Assembly (NCBI GenBank): GCA_950097015.1
Contig: CATNEN010000010.1
Span: forward strand, 2,418,001-2,482,000
Direction of reading: 5' to 3'
Source of the DNA: Macrostomum hystrix
Taxonomy: Eukaryota > Animalia > Platyhelminthes
DNA length: 64,000 bases
The stretch's first letter is position 1, and each line of letters opens with the position of its first letter. The notes under the pieces are model-generated. The model was not told the DNA's origin, made no database searches, and saw only the letters and a program-made list of their open reading frames with translations. The position numbers and the translations under genes were made by a program. Positions 25,485-37,800 of the stretch are shown piece after piece.

Positions 25485-26299
25485 TCATCGGCCGGGATCC
25501 TAATCATAGCCAAAACTGCACGCAGCAACTCGCCTGGCTCAGAGGCGTGAATTGCACATTTTTAGTTTAATTCTGAACTCGCTGCTCACTACTTGTGTCA
25601 GTAGTGCGCACATTTTCTGTGAGATATTTTCGCTTTTACTTTTTTTAGCGGCCAATATTAATTGCTATTGAGTGTAGGCGGAGGTAATCCTGTCTGCATG
25701 CCTAATACTGCATCGAAAATGTGTTATTCTGTGTTCTGAATCAGCACTGCGGTCTGCCGTGGCGACTATTTGTAAATAGAGTTTTGCGTATTTCTTATCG
25801 ATAGGTTTTCTAGTCAGCTGCTTCAATTCTAGTCCGCACTGTTAATGCTTTTGCATTCATAATTGCATTGATTGATTACTGCCGGTCTGCTTGCAGCTGC
25901 ATAGTCTGAGTGAGCTGGAGTGCCTAAATATGTTGCTTATTTAACTTTTGCTACTTTGCCATTGCATCTCAGTTACGCGGCGGGGATTTGAAATATAAAT
26001 TGAAGGGCTTGCGCGCCTCTGTCCAAAATGATCTTGTCGCTTGCCCGGCTTCTACAAGCTATTCTTGCTCTAGCGATGCCGTGACCTGTCTTCATTAGAT
26101 TTTGCTTTCTGTGCTCAGTGTAGGCTCAGTGTAATTATGTAGGCTCGAACCGGCGACCTCAACAATAGTGAGAGTTGACTTAAGAGCTGCGCATGACGAC
26201 GATTGTGAGCTGCTCAAGACTTCCAAGGCTAAATTTGCTCTGTTTGCCTGCTTGTTCCAGTCAGCGCTGCCAGCATTTACGCCTGGAAAAAGGCGGCAA

Positions 26300-29200
26300 A
26301 TGACTTCTGCTTCCAGCAGCTCCAAGTGTCTGCTGCTACTGCTGCTACTGCTGCTGCTCAGCGAGGTTCCTCCGGGCCGCTCTGAGGAGCAGCAGGACCT
26401 GTACTCGGTGCTGGGCGTGTCCCGCTCCGCCACAGCGCAGGAGATCAAGCAGGCCTACAAGCGGCTGGCCAGGGCCAACCACCCGGACAAGTCCAAGGAC
26501 CCCGGCGCCTCAGACAAATTCGTCCGCATCAACGAGGCCTACGAGGTGCTGTCCGACCCCGGCAAGCGGCGTGAATACGACATGTTTGGCACCGTCCAGG
26601 CCGACCCGCGGCATGCCAACTTCCACACCTTTCACGCCTCTCCTTTTGCCGAGTTCTTCTTCCAGCAGCAGCAGGAGTCCGAGGCCAGCGGCCCAGCTCT
26701 TGAGCAGATCACCCTGCGCCAGTATCAGGTGCGCATCGCGCCCGACTCCTGGCGCCGGCCGGCCCTCCTATTCGGCCTGGCCGATCTCTGCTTTCCCTGC
26801 ATGCGGCTCAGCCCGCTTTGGCGCCGCCTAGCCGAGGACCTCCTGCCGCTGGGCGTCCCCATGGCCGTAGTGCACGCCGGCATGTCCTCCAACCTGGCCG
26901 AACTGCTCCGCATCGACCAGGTTATCAGATTGAATTGCTTTCAAGTGGCTGTAGGTGCTTGAAAGGTCTCGTGTAAAACATTCTTGGTCACAGTTCTGTG
27001 ATGTGATCCTCTAGGACGGAAACATGACGGCAACCGACGGTAGCGTGGCTATTATGTGACCAAAATCAACGGTCACATTAGTGACCGACCCTGTGACCCT
27101 GCTTTGTGGCCGTGCCATACACGGTAACTATGTGACCGTATCCTGTGACCATGTTTTGTGGTCACAACTTTATTTGACCATCGAATTTTTACTAGGGTGG
27201 TCTTTCGCACCGGCCCAAGTCTGAGGCTCAACTTGAATTGTTGAATTCCAGGTGCCCGCCATCATCGGCGTAGTGGACGGCGTGGCGTATCACTACTCTG
27301 GTCAACTGTCCCTGGCCAGCCTGCGCGACTTCTACCGCTCCCTGTTCCCCGTGGACACCCTGCCGCCACTGACGGACTCTGGCGCCGCCGCCCTCCTGGC
27401 CGGCTGGACGGACAACCGGCCGCGCGTGGTGCTGGCCAAGCCGCTGACCCGGCCGCCGATTCGCTTCCTGATGGCCGCCTACGCCTGGCGCAGCCGCCTG
27501 GCCTTCGCCTACACCGACACGACCTCCAACGATGCGGCCAGCTTCCGTTCCAGCCGGCGGGTTGCCGGCGCGTTGGAAACTGTGCTGCTGTTCGACGAGG
27601 ACGGCGAAGTCGGCCGACTTGAGTCCGCCAGGCTGGAGACCGACACCCTGTCCTCCTGGCTGGAAGCCCGCCGGCACCTCGCCCTGCCGCGGCTCGGCTC
27701 ACCAGACCTGGCTGAGGAGCTGTGCCCGGCCCAGATCAGCTACCGGGAGAAGTTCCTGTGTGCCGTGCTGCTGCTGCGGCCTGGCGAGGAGACTGGACTG
27801 CCTGCCGCTGTGTTCAGGTACATTTCTGCGGCCTTATCTTCCTGTGCTCCATGTCTCATCTCCCTGTGCTCCATGTCTCATCTCCCTGTGCTCCATGTCT
27901 CATCTCCCTGTGCTCCATGTCTCATCTCCCTGTGCTCCATGTCTCATCTCCCTGTGCTCCATGTCTCATCTCCCTGTGCTCCATGTCTCATCTCCCTGTG
28001 CTCCATGTCTCATCTCCCTGTGCTCCATGTCTCATCTCCGTGTGCTCCATGTCTCATCTCCCTGTGCTCCATGTCTCATCTCCCTGTGCTCCATGTCTCA
28101 TCTCCCTGTGCTCCATTTCTCATCTCCCTGTGCTCCATGTCTCATCTCCCTGTGCTCCATTTCTCATCTCCCTGTGCTCCATGTCTCATCTCCCTGTGCT
28201 CCATTTCTCATCTCCCTGTGCTCCATGTCTCATCTCCCTGTGCTCCGTGTCTCATCTCCCTGTGCTCCGTGTCCATCCCATCTTCCAACTGCACTGCATA
28301 TTTTCTTCCAGGCGCGAAGCTCGCCGTTGGGATCGCCGTCGACGCGACGGCGTGGCCGACTCGCGCGTCCGCCTGGTGCACGCGCACGCCGACTCTCAGC
28401 TGGACTTACTGCGCGCTCTGGGCTTCGCCGAGGAGCCGGCTGCCAGCTTCGCCGGCCGCGTTCTGCTGCTCTGGCGCGCCACAGCCACCCGGGTCGGCTA
28501 TCGCTGGCTGTCCGGCCGCTGGAATGTCAGCCTGACAGTCGAACAGCTTCGCGAGACCCTCGCCGCCGTGGCCGAGGATTCCCTGGGCCTGACGGTGCTG
28601 CCAACTGCTCCTCAGCTTGCCGACGAGAACAGGCCGGCGCTGCCCATGCGGATCTGGCGCCGCCTGCGCACCCTGTGGGGCCGGGCAATGCTGCACCTGC
28701 GCCGGACTGACCCCAGCGGCCCGCTGCTGATCGGCCTGACCATTGCCATAGTGCTCGGCACCGCCTTTGTCATGACCCGGCTGGCCCAGTGGGAGGAGCA
28801 GAAGCTGCGCTCTAACAGGAAGGCGCACAGCAACGGGAGTGACACCCGGCGGCAGCAGCAGCAGCGCCAGGCCGGTCCCAGCCCCTGCGAAACTGCCGGC
28901 CGCCGGCCAGACAACAGCCGCATGCTGGCGGAGCTGGAGCCCAGTAACTACCGCCGCCTCATCAGCGCCAGTGCGCAGGGCCAGATCTCCCTGGTGCTGG
29001 TGACGGACACCGAACTTAAGCCCAAACTAGCTGCCGACTTCGCCCGCTGCCTGGCCCCCTTCGCCGGGGTTGAGAGGCTCCGCTTCGCAGTGCTGGACGT
29101 CGGCGACAGGCTGGGCTGGTACCGCACCATCCTGGAGTTTGTCATCGGCCGGAAGCTGGGCGCCTGCAACATTCGGGCGAGGAACTGCTCTGGCACAGTC

Positions 29201-30169
29201 CTGGCTGTCAACGGCTTTCGCAAGTGCGTCTCTGGGGATTAGGAATCCCGTCTAGGGATTAGGAATCCCGTCTAGGGATTAGGAATCCCGTCTAGGGATT
29301 AGGAATCCCGTCTAGGGATTAGGAATCCCGTCTAGGGATTAGGAATCCCGTCTAGGGATTAGGAATCCCGTCTAGGGATTAGGAATCCCGTCTAGGGATT
29401 AGGAATCCCGTCTAGGGATTAGGAATCCCGTCTAGGGATTAGGAATCCCGTCTAGGGATTAGGAATCCCGTCTAGGGATTAGGAATCCCGTCTAGGGATT
29501 AGGAATCCCGTCTAGGGATTAGGAATCCCGTCTAGGGATTAGGAATCCCGTCTAGGGATTAGGAATCCCGTCTAGGGATTAGGAATCCCGTCTAGGGATT
29601 AGGAATCCCGTCTAGGGATTAGGAATCCCGTCTAGGGATTAGGAATCCCGTCTAGGGATTAGGAATCCCGTCTAGGGATTAGGAATCCCGTCTAGGGATT
29701 AGGAATCCCGTCTAGGGATTAGGAATCCCGTCTAGGGATTAGGAATCCCGTCTAGGGATTAGGAATCCCGTCTAGGGATTAGGAATCCCGTCTAGGGATT
29801 TTTCGCAACGCCTAAATGTTGCATCCTTCCGCCTATTTCCTCAGGTACTTCTGCATCTACCACCCCAAGATCAAGTCCGCCATGCAGCGCCAGTTCGACT
29901 GTCGCTTTCTCGGCCTTCACGACTCAGACGAATCCTCCGAGGACTCGTCCGACGATTACGATGGCGAAGCCGCCACGCTACAACGGCGTCGCCGTCGAGG
30001 TGGCAAAAGCGGTGACTACGACGATCCGCTCAGCGATCCGAACGGCCCGCTGTTTGAGCGGGACCTGCTGGCCGGCCTCCCTAACTGGCTGGACCGCCTG
30101 TTCGACGGCCAGCTGCCCAGGGTTCGGGTGGACGCCTGGCCCGACTCGCTGGACGTGCCCGGACCCTGA
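26300..30169 (+). CDS. DNAJC16: DnaJ subfamily C member 16 (signal peptide, J domain, thioredoxin-like, TM); exons 26300-26920, 27252-27817, 28312-29223, 29845-30169
   Basis: [18 protein letters not shown] segment [24 protein letters not shown]|[20 protein letters not shown]; phases consistent. Confidence 0.92.
27838..28275. repeat. 22-bp minisatellite filling DNAJC16 intron 2
   Basis: Tandem CTCCATGTCTCATCTCCCTGTG. Confidence 0.96.
29235..29800. repeat. Perfect 20-bp minisatellite (28 units) filling DNAJC16 intron 3
   Basis: Tandem GGGATTAGGAATCCCGTCTA with no variants seen. Confidence 0.98.
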
Positions 30170-30254
30170 CTGACTGACTGACTGACTGACTGACTGGCTG
30201 ACTGACTGACTGACTGACTGACTGACTGACTGACTGACTGACTGACTGACTGAC
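30167..30254. repeat. (TGAC)n microsatellite, about 22 units
   Basis: Starts at the DNAJC16 TGA stop codon; one TGGC variant. Confidence 0.97.
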
Positions 30255-31077
30255 ATTTGTACAAGTCGGACCGACCTGGGTCGCAAGCAGCTCTCCCTGG
30301 CTCAAATCTGATTGCACTTTTACCGATAATCTATAGTTTTCACTGCGAGCCTGTTCCGGTCCGCACAGTCCAGCTAGTCTCCTCTCTGCTCTCAGTTTGC
30401 AACAGATGTTACATTTTTGTTTCCTTATTATTAAGTTACGCGCTGCCGCGGTACACTATGTTTTGTTTTAACCGCTTTTGGTTAGCTTTAGGTTGCACTG
30501 CATATTTTATATTTTAGCTTTATTGTTGCTAATCGTTCTAGCTATTTCTGGCTAATGTTCTGTTATGCCTGCAAGGCCGCATGTCTCCTTTGTCTCAATG
30601 GAAAAGATTGTTGCTATCTCTCCCTTATTCATCCTGGGTGATAATCCGGAAACTTCTTTTTCTACTTGATCAAATTCAATTTCTATCCGCTATAGTCTGT
30701 TTCCTCTTCTCACTTTCGCACTTTTATATGCCGCTTTCTTCTGCTCTATCCGCAACTGCAGTATTCCGTGTGTTCCGCTAATTGCTTACCTAGTACATGC
30801 CATATAAATATACACTCGCATTGCCAGCATGGCTCATGTGTTGGCTTGCTCTTGCGCATCGAGTTACATCTTAGATTTGCCCTGCCTCTATCAGGTGCCT
30901 AGCTAAATAGTGAATCCCGGCTCACACTCGCCTGTGTTGACCAGTTTCACAGCTGGCCAAAGTGAAACTGCTCAAGCCAGCCCGGAATGCGAACCTGTTC
31001 CATTAGCCATTGTTAGTGATTAGGTGTGCACTCAGGTGCCACAACTGCTCAACTCTGCTCTAATAATTTCATTGCAG

Positions 31078-32914
31078 GAGGTCCACAAGGACACGCAAGA
31101 TACTCCGGATCCGCAGCCGGAGGCGGACTCGAGCCAGGACTGTCTGGTAAAGTTCGGCGAGGCCTACCGGCTGCGCGTGCAGGCGTGCATCACCAAGGCT
31201 GTCGAGGGCATGGTGGATGCGCTCCAGATGCTTGACGCCCCTGAATGGCCCGCCGGCGAAGTCCAGGCGGAAGACGAAGATGTCGACTTGTTCGACGGTG
31301 GCGATATGACCGAGGGCGAAGGCGACGCTGGCGAGGAAGCTGACACCGGCGGCGAGAAGCCGGATGGTGGCGGCGCCGGCGGTAGCAATGGCCACCCAAT
31401 CGAAGCCCAGCTGCACTCGGAGCTGACGGCCGCAGTTCAGGCCGCTGTGAATGAGCTGACGGAGACCGAGAGGTAAGCTGCCCTTCTCCCACCAGATCCT
31501 TCAGTGACCACCGCTGCCCCCGCCAGAGCCATTCCCATCCAATCTCAGGTCTCTGTCGCTACTTGGCATTCTATATTCCCTGTCGCAGAGAAGGTTTGGC
31601 CAGCTTGATGCAGGCTGTGGTGTTTCAAAAATATGTTGTTTCACGAAGCGGCGTCCTTGCCGTGAAATCGGACTAATTAACAGCGCTTCTCATTGATTAC
31701 TAAGCCGGGGCGGCGCACCTGGTGTCCTCTCAGCCAGTCAATAATTGCCCGGTCCAATAGCCTTTTCTGTCCCTTCGGTGCTTCGCTCCCTTACTCTAAT
31801 TTTCCATTGTCCACTCGAAGATTGTTTCATCAGTTGCCTCTTTATTCCAACGCTGAATTACTAATCTAAAATGTTCCTTGAATTATAAATTGTTCCAGAA
31901 CAATCTTGGCCAATTATGTAATTTTGCTTTTGGAAAACCGCTCTCCGTTTGAGTCCATTCTCAGTTTCCTCTAGCGCCGCGCTCGCGCCTCATCTGGCGC
32001 TGGTTCGCCTCTGTGCTTTGTGGCTCTTCAACTGCAGGATAAAACCTGTATTGATTGAACAGCGAGATCTGGGTTTTGCTGCCAGCTGCGGCCACTCGCT
32101 CCGCCCGATGCGGCATGCGCCCTATGCTCTTCTGTTTCGCATGTTTTTTCTAAGAATTAAAATAGTCTGCTGACTGAAATCTGAAAGCAGCGAGCAAGTT
32201 GCAGATCTACATCCAATATGACCTTGTTTATGACAATTATCTGAAGTGACGTGTATTTTTTCATTGCTACTCTGCCTTCGTAAAAATCTGCTAAATTAAG
32301 AAATGCTTGTTATTGATGAACGCCGTAATATTGTGTTCTAAAAGGCATTCATAGCTGATTATAACTTCCCTAAAAAGCTAATACGAGCGTAAAACTAGAT
32401 AGGAATGCTTTTATATATAGCAAGACATTTGTCGCCATACTGATTTCTATTCACAGAAATAAATTAGATCACGACCCACTTTCAGTAAATAGCTATAAAG
32501 TACCTCACTGCTATATGTTCTATAAATAGCAATAAATTACGTCACTGCTATATGTTCTATAAATAGCAATAAATTACGTCACTGCTATATGTTCTATAAA
32601 TAGCAATAAATTACGTCACTGCTAAATGTTCTATAAATAGCAATAAATTACGTCACTGCTAAATGTTCTAAAAATAGCAACAGGCACGTTAAAACGCCCG
32701 TAAACAATTTCCCAGGGAGGAAGCGGACACCTACTGCCAGGAGATGCAGGATCTGGTCACCAACGCTACTGAGATGCTGGCCGATATGGAGAGCGCCGAG
32801 GCTGAAATCAAGCTGCTCCGCAACTTGTGCGACATGCTGGAGCAGCAGCAGCAGCGGGGCGATCAGCCGGCTAAGGCTGGACCGGATGGCGATAGAGGCG
32901 CCTCTGAGCAGTAG
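31078..32914 (+). CDS. Hypothetical acidic coiled-coil protein, last two exons 31078-31472 and 32716-32914; 5' exon not identified
   Basis: GC-rich coding-like segments with cag|/|gtaag boundaries, phase-2 join (TETER|EEADTYCQEMQDLV..AEAEIKLLRNLCDML). No family recognised. Confidence 0.6.
32500..32680. repeat. 37-bp minisatellite in intron, about 4-5 units
   Basis: Tandem CGTCACTGCTATATGTTCTATAAATAGCAATAAATTA. Confidence 0.9.
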
Positions 32915-33444
32915 AGGGCGGCCTAAGTCCAGCTCCATCTAGCGGCTTGGCTTTTTCAAGTTTTTGTTCTTGTTGATCACTTTTGTTAAAAACTTCACTT
33001 GGTTTTTTCAGTAGAACTACCCTAATCTCAACTTGTTTTCTAGTTCATCTTATCCTATCATACTTTTAGTATTCTGTTTTCCTGCATTTGTTGCCAGTTT
33101 ACAAAACCCAGTAATTCATTCAATAGCATTCATCAAAACTCATTCAGTTCTATTTAATAGCCTTGTCAGATGCCCAGCCTTTTTTACAACATTTTTACTT
33201 GCAGTTACTTGCAGTTCATTCCGCTCTGCATTTTCTGTGTTTCTCAGTTTCGGCTTTTGCCCTTGTTAAATAAAAAAAAATTAAATAACTTGCTTTGGCC
33301 TAAAGAGAAGCCTGACCAACATGGTCTTCCAGAAAATTGGAATCTGGCATCTGGTTTTCCAGTGCTTTTTAGCTTTTCATTTTTCTGACAAACTGAGCAA
33401 AACAGCCTGGCCCTCCCAGTCATACACCACCCAGCACCCACCCT

Positions 33445-35850
33445 ACCCTCTCCCAAACAGCTCTCCCATACTGCTTTCCCACCCAGCTCTCCCACCCTGC
33501 TCTTTCACACTGCTCTCCCACCCAGCTCTCCCATACTGCTCTCCCATACTGCTCTCCCACCCTGCTCTCCCATACTGCTCTCCCATACTGCTCTCCCACC
33601 CAGCTCTCCCACACTGCTCTCCCACACTGCTCTTCCACCCTGCTCTCCCACCCAGCTCTCCCACACTGCTCTCCCACACTGCTCTTCCACCCTGCTCTCC
33701 CATACTGCTCTTCCACCCTGCTCTCCCATACTGCTCTCCCATACTGCTCTCCCACACTGCTCTTCCACCCTGCTCTCCCATACTGCTCTTCCACCCTGCT
33801 CTCCCATACTGCTCTTCCACCCTGCTCTCCCATACTGCTCTTCCACCCTGCTCTCCCACACTGCTCTTCCACCCTGCTCTCCCATACTGCTCTTCCACCC
33901 TGCTCTCCCATACTGCTCTTCCACCCTGCTCTCCCATACTGCTCTTCCACCCTGCTCTCCCATACTGCTCTCCCATACTGCTCTCCCACCCAGCTCTCCC
34001 ACACTGCTCTCCCACCCTGCTCTCCCACCCAGCTCTCCCACACTGCTCTTCCACCCTGCTCTCCCATACTGCTCTCCCACCCTGCTCTCCCATACTGCTC
34101 TCCCATACTGCTCTCCCACCCAGCTCTCCCACACTGCTCTCCCACACTGCTCTTCCACCCTGCTCTCCCACCCAGCTCTCCCACACTGCTCTCCCACACT
34201 GCTCTTCCACCCTGCTCTCCCATACTGCTCTTCCACCCTGCTCTCCCATACTGCTCTCCCATACTGCTCTCCCACACTGCTCTTCCACCCTGCTCTCCCA
34301 TACTGCTCTTCCACCCTGCTCTCCCATACTGCTCTTCCACCCTGCTCTCCCATACTGCTCTTCCACCCTGCTCTCCCACACTGCTCTTCCACGCTGCTCT
34401 CCCATACTGCTCTTCCACACTGCTCTCCCATACTGCTCTTCCACCCTGCTCTCCCACACTGCTCTTCCACCCTGCTCTCCCATACTGCTCTTCCACCCTG
34501 CTCTCCCATACTGCTCTTCCACCCTGCTCTCCCATACTGCTCTTCCACCCTGCTCTCCCATACTGCTCTCCCACACTGCTCTCCCAACCTGCTCTCCCAT
34601 ACAGCTCTCCCATACTGCTCTCCCATACTGCTCTTCCACCCCGCTCTCCCACCCTGCTCTCCCATACTGCTCTCCCATACTGCTCTCCCATACTGCTCTT
34701 CCACCCTGCTCTCCCACCCTGCTCTCCCACACTGCTCTTCCAACCTGCTCTTCCACACTGCTCCCCACACTGCTCTTCCACCCTGCTCTCCCATACTGCT
34801 CTCCCACCCTGCTCTTCCACCCTGCTCTCCCATACTGCTCTCCCACCCAGCTCTCCCACACTGCTCTTCCACCCTGCTCTTCCACCCTGCTCTCCCATAC
34901 TGCTCTCCCACCCAGCTCTCCCACACTGCTCTTCCACCCTGCTCTTCCACCCTGCTCTCCCATACTGCTCTCCCACCCTGCTCTTCCACCCTGCTCTCCC
35001 ATACTGCTCTTCCACCCTGCTCTTCCACCCTGCTCTCCCATACTGCTCTTCCACCCTGCTCTTCCACACTGCTCTCCCACACTGCTCTCCCACCCTGCTC
35101 TCCCACACTGCTCTCCCACCCTGCTCTCCCATACTGCTCTCCCATACTGCTCTTCCACCCTGCTCTTCCACCCTGCTCTCCCATACTGCTCTTCCACCCT
35201 GCTCTCCCATACTGCTTTCCCACACTGCTCTCCCATACTGCTCTCCCACCCTGCTCTCCCACCCTGCTCTCCCACACTGCTCTCCCATACTGCTCTCCCA
35301 CCCTGCTCTCCCACACTGCTCTCCCACCCTGCTCTCCCACACTGCTCTCCCACACTGCTCTCCCACCCTGCTCTCCCACACTGCTCTCCCACCCTGCTCT
35401 CCCATACTGCTCTCCCATACTGCTCTTCCACCCTGCTCTTCCACCCTGCTCTCCCATACTGCTCTTCCACCCTGCTCTCCCATACTGCTTTCCCACACTG
35501 CTCTCCCATACTGCTCTCCCACCCTGCTCTCCCACCCTGCTCTCCCACACTGCTCTCCCATACTGCTCTCCCATACTGCTCTTCCACCCTGCTCTTCCAC
35601 CCTGCTCTCCCATACTGCTCTTCCACCCTGCTCTCCCATACTGCTCTCCCACCCTGCTCTCCCACACTGCTTTCCCACCCTGCTCTCCCACACTGCTCTC
35701 CCACACTGCTCTCCCACCCTGCTCTCCCACACTGCTCTCCCATACTGCTCTCCCACCCTGCTCTCCCACACTGCTCTTCCACACTGCTCTCCCATACTGC
35801 TCTCCCACCCTGCTCTCCCACCCTGCTCTCCCACACTGCTCTCCAATACT
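33445..35850. repeat. 2.4-kb 13-bp variant-repeat minisatellite, about 185 units
   Basis: Interspersed CTGCTCTCCCACA / CTGCTCTCCCATA / CTGCTCTTCCACC / CAGCTCTCCCACA. Confidence 0.97.
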
Positions 35851-36240
35851 CCCATACTTCCTCTGCCAAGGCTGTCCGATTGAGCAGAGCTTGAGGGGCG
35901 GCAAGTACTGGGTGGGGCAGTTTGCTTTGGTCTGATACTGGAATATTAATTGCGTCAATGTGCGTGCGCGCGCCTGCCTATCGTGTAGGATCAGTGCATC
36001 AGGAGACACCAGTGTGCATTTCAATGTAATAGGCTAAAGTGCAATCATCAAATCCTTGACTCGCAGAATTAGTTTGAGCTGCTGTCTAGGCTCGCAAATC
36101 ACTTAGTATTGCAACAATTAAGCTCCGATGGGTCCGCGACCGTTTCTTGTCAATGTCTCACAGATTTGTAGTTGGTCTGTGCAGAGTTTTAGGTCAGTTT
36201 CAATTTTATGCTCAACTGTGCTTCTTTTCTCTTGCGAATT

Positions 36241-36680
36241 CTCAGGTTGAGCAGCCATCATTTTCCCTCAGATCCTCAGGTTGAGCAGCCATCATTTTCC
36301 CTCAGATCCTCAGGTTGAGCAGCCATCATTTTCCCTCAGATCCTCAGGTTGAGCAGCCATCATTTTCCCTCAGATCCTCAGGTTGAGCAGCCATCATTTT
36401 CCCTCAGATCCTCAGGTTGAGCAGCCATCATTTTCCCTCAGATCCTCAGGTTGAGCAGCCATCATTTTCCCTCAGATCCTCAGGTTGAGCAGCCATCATT
36501 TTCCCTCAGATCCTCAGGTTGAGCAGCCATCATTTTCCCTCAGATCCTCAGGTTGAGCAGCCATCATTTCCCCTCAGATCCTCAGGTTGAGCAGCCATCA
36601 TTTTCCCTCAGATCCTCAGGTTGAGCAGCCATCATTTTCCCTCAGATCCTCAGGTTGAGCAGCCATCATTTTCCCTCAGA
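36241..36680. repeat. 34-bp minisatellite, about 13 units
   Basis: Tandem TCAGGTTGAGCAGCCATCATTTTCCCTCAGATCC. Confidence 0.96.
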
Positions 36681-37128
36681 TAATCATTTGTTTTCTATCC
36701 TATGCTCTGGTGTGCATCTTTTTGCTCATGGGTTCTCTGTCCTTCCATGTCACCTGCAAGCTGCGGCAGCAAGGCGAACCTGACTCTGGCCAAATTGCAG
36801 GCGGCTCTGGTGCTCTTATCTTCAATGCCACCAACAGCCTTTGAGCAGCCTTTGAGCAGCCTTTGAGCAGCTAGTTAAGGGAATCCTAGTCTTGCAAAAT
36901 AGGCTCCTCCCACACCTGGCTGAAATGTTCTCATAAACTCGGAATTTGCAGGACAATTTGCGTTTATTTATTTAATAGCAGGCGCTGAGTGTGCAGCATA
37001 TCATCTGAAGCGGTCGGCATCACTCAGGTAGACGGGGGGCAGAAATGTATAATGGCAGGTTTGCGGGATCATTGCGAGCAGTTCTAGGGCTGTGCGTTGT
37101 GTGAGTCTTCTCCTCTCTCGCCGTCTGG

Positions 37129-37431
37129 TCAGCCGAAGCGCATGACGCTCCGGCCGCTGCCGCCTCCGCCTCTGCCCTGGCCGCCGGCGCTCAGCAGCCA
37201 GCCGTTGATGAGGCGCTGGCGACGCAGCTTGAACAGCTCGGCCTGCAGCGGCTGGTAGGACAGCTGCGAGGAGATCAGCTTCAGCAGGCGCTTGCTCACA
37301 GTCCGCAGCTGCGGGTAGTCATCGTCGGCTGGCGCCGCGGCAGCCGAGCTCGTCATTGCAAGGAGCAGCAGCAGGAGCGGCAGCCGCCTACTGCAGCCTC
37401 CATCGGTTTGGTGGCGAAGAGCAAGAAGCAT
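37129..37431 (-). CDS. Putative RFamide neuropeptide precursor, 100 aa, single exon
   Basis: Signal-peptide-like LPLLLLLLAMTSSAAA-AP, internal KR and RR sites, C-terminus GRSVMRFG-stop (Gly amide donor). Confidence 0.7.
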   Translation of the reverse strand: MLLALRHQTDGGCSRRLPLLLLLLAMTSSAAAAPADDDYPQLRTVSKRLLKLISSQLSYQPLQAELFKLRRQRLINGWLLSAGGQGRGGGGSGRSVMRFG

Positions 37432-37800
37432 TGTTGTGGGACCTTGCTATGGCTGCAGTTGGTGGTCGAAGCGGAAAACTGCAACAGGTCCGCTCAGTGC
37501 GAGTCCAGATTTATAGGCGGCCCAGACTCCCGGCAACCCCCAAGTCCCGACGCATTCCCAATCAGGACTTCGCAGCATCTCAGATACACCGGCCTAGTTT
37601 GCGATATATTCTATATTCACGGATTGCATATCAATCTACTACTGACATCTCTACTGCGAGTAGCGCAGTTGGTGCATGTTCTTAATAGCGCATGTAGCAA
37701 AATGCCAAACATCAATCTGCTGATTTATTTAAGCTAGATTTCAGTCTAGGGTCATCCAAGCAGCTCCTGGTTAAGATAAATTTGAATATTCTCACACTCG

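Noticed and set aside
27252-29242. 427-506 aa ORFs that include the [15 protein letters not shown] repeat as part of DNAJC16
   Set aside because: The repeat lies between a GT donor (27818) and an AG acceptor (28311), and the frame switch fits splicing.
33468-35850. Similarity of CCACCCTGCTCTC to the human PRDM9 13-mer
   Set aside because: Degenerate C-rich motif specific to human alleles; a chance match is likely.
33321-36024. 808-857 aa ORFs in four frames
   Set aside because: Translations of a stop-free 13-bp minisatellite; no domain and no coding-like flanks.
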